NCBI GenBank assembly: GCA_002269645.1
Contig: NIVC01000548.1
Location: 49,693 to 113,692, forward strand
Direction of reading: 5' to 3'
DNA length: 64,000 nt
Source: Macrostomum lignano
Lineage: Eukaryota
Part shown: piece after piece, positions 62,506 to 64,000 of the stretch
Position numbering within the stretch: the stretch's first letter is position 1
How the letters are laid out: every line of letters begins with the position of its first letter
Translations under genes and position numbers: made by a program
Notes under the pieces: generated by a model
Database searches by the model: none
The model's input: the letters and a program-made list of their open reading frames with translations, nothing else
What the model was told of the DNA's origin: nothing

Positions 62506-64000
62506 TCATTTCGTTGGCGATGAAGAGCTTCTACTAACAGCGGAAACAGTTGAAGAAGCAGTCGAAGCAGAAACGGTATTAGCGGCGGCGGCGGCTTCTC
62601 CACCGGGTGGTGACGAAGTCGAACTTGAAGTAGCTGCAGCCGTAGTAGTATTACTATTAGTCGACAGGACACCCTGCGGCATCTGCAGAATTGTACTCTT
62701 CTTCAACAAGCTCATGGGAAACACGGCCGCTTGTCGTTGCAGATCTGTGGTGCGCTGAGCGGCTGCCAGAACTAGAACTGGCGGAGCAACCGATGCAGTT
62801 GGAGTTGCAGCAGTCCCAGCCGAAGTTGCTGCGGAGGCGACAGCAGTTCGCAGAACGGACACTTTACCGTGAACAATACCAATTGGTGCAGTGGAGGTTG
62901 GCGCAGAACCGGGACTGCTACTAATGCTGGTAGCACTACTGCTAGTAGCCACTGCGGGATGGTTAGCTACAGGAGACTGAGTTGCAGATGCCTGATTTGA
63001 CACTTCCTGCTGTTGCTGCTGCTGACCTCTAGTAGCCCATTTGGGCACCGACACACTGTAAGGAAACATGATTCTTTTGTTGCCAGCAGCAGCAGCAGCA
63101 GCAGCTGTAGCGCTTGAAGCAGACACACTGGTATTGGCCGCATCTGCTGCTACTACTGCTGTATTGCCAGGTGCCGCGATGCTAGCGACTGTTGGAGCCG
63201 CAACGGCCGCCGCGCCGGCCCGTCCAAGGTGATCAATCAGTCGACCGCGTGTCTGCTCCAATTCATCCTGCCGCTGCTGCTCCATCTTCAGCTTCACATT
63301 CATGTACTCTTTGAAGCTGACACGAAACGGTTGAGCAGACACAGGCGATTGAGTAGTCAGTTCGCTGCTGCTAGATGGAGCACCTACTGAGGCGCTATCG
63401 AATACGCTGGACACATTGTCGCCACTAGTCGGTCGCGAGTTTGGATTGCGAATTTTAACCGAAGTGACAGTGTAACTACTACTAGACGCTGGAGTAGCAG
63501 TAGTAGCAGACGATGCAGCCACACCTTGAAGAAGCAATTGCTGCTGTTGCTGTTGCATAGTTTTAAAACTATTCTTGATAATAGCCGTGGTCTTGGGAAA
63601 CTGCTGCACCATTCTGACGGACGACGGCGCCTGCTGGACCTGATGCGTGGGTGCTACTGGGGACTCCAGCTGGCTCGAACTTGTCGAACTGGCCAACGAG
63701 ACAGCTGGTGTCGCGGCGGTGGCGACAGCGGTGGCAGCGGCGTCGGCTCTGGACTGACGATAAGCCGGCCGAGACTCCAGCACGCTGTTAATAACCGACT
63801 CAAGATTGGGATGATTGCCCTCGATAAACAGAGTGTCGCCTTCCGGTAAGACAATCATAGATTTGCGTTTAGGACCTTGGCGCGGCTGTTCGGTCTGATT
63901 GGACGCGCTGACGTGTACATTAAACACTCGATTCGGTGCCGGCATTCGAATTGTTGTCGAAGTTGACGCCGCAGCGGTTGCGGTGGCAACTGGTGCTGCT
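62506..64000 (-). CDS. Large low-complexity (S/A/T/Q-rich) coding exon of an unidentified gene, open to the window edge
   Basis: About 497 uninterrupted codons with gene-like GC/CpG content; no recognisable domain. Confidence 0.6.
   Translation of the reverse strand, partial: AAPVATATAAASTSTTIRMPAPNRVFNVHVSASNQTEQPRQGPKRKSMIVLPEGDTLFIEGNHPNLESVINSVLESRPAYRQSRADAAATAVATAATPAVSLASSTSSSQLESPVAPTHQVQQAPSSVRMVQQFPKTTAIIKNSFKTMQQQQQQLLLQGVAASSATTATPASSSSYTVTSVKIRNPNSRPTSGDNVSSVFDSASVGAPSSSSELTTQSPVSAQPFRVSFKEYMNVKLKMEQQRQDELEQTRGRLIDHLGRAGAAAVAAPTVASIAAPGNTAVVAADAANTSVSASSATAAAAAAAGNKRIMFPYSVSVPKWATRGQQQQQQEVSNQASATQSPVANHPAVATSSSATSISSSPGSAPTSTAPIGIVHGKVSVLRTAVASAATSAGTAATPTASVAPPVLVLAAAQRTTDLQRQAAVFPMSLLKKSTILQMPQGVLSTNSNTTTAAATSSSTSSPPGGEAAAAANTVSASTASSTVSAVSRSSSSPTK

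Overview
Eukaryotic (metazoan) genomic DNA with spliceosomal genes whose introns are filled with private minisatellites. This style suggests a Macrostomum-like free-living flatworm (inference only). Host genes: RPS9 and TMEM167B/kish-B (minus strand); a divergent CTC1-like gene, COX5B, UFSP2 and three tandem PM20D2 paralogs (plus strand); an orphan 959-aa protein with two KH-like segments and a low-complexity ORF running off the window end (minus strand). Positions ~3.4-14.9 kb are a CpG-depleted block of decayed CACTA and mariner elements. The highlight is a very young Ty3/gypsy element (37203-47793; 864-bp LTRs identical by eye; GGCC TSD) nested in a Tc1 relic. Its order is gag - class III (gB/chuvirus-G-like) envelope glycoprotein - LYPSI/PTAP/PPNY late-domain-like cluster - PR-RT-RH-IN - double-RING accessory ORF. 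All six reading-frame breaks are -1, so it may encode one ~2490-aa membrane-spanning Gag-Env-Pol polyprotein. All family assignments are by-eye motif recognition; no database searches were run.
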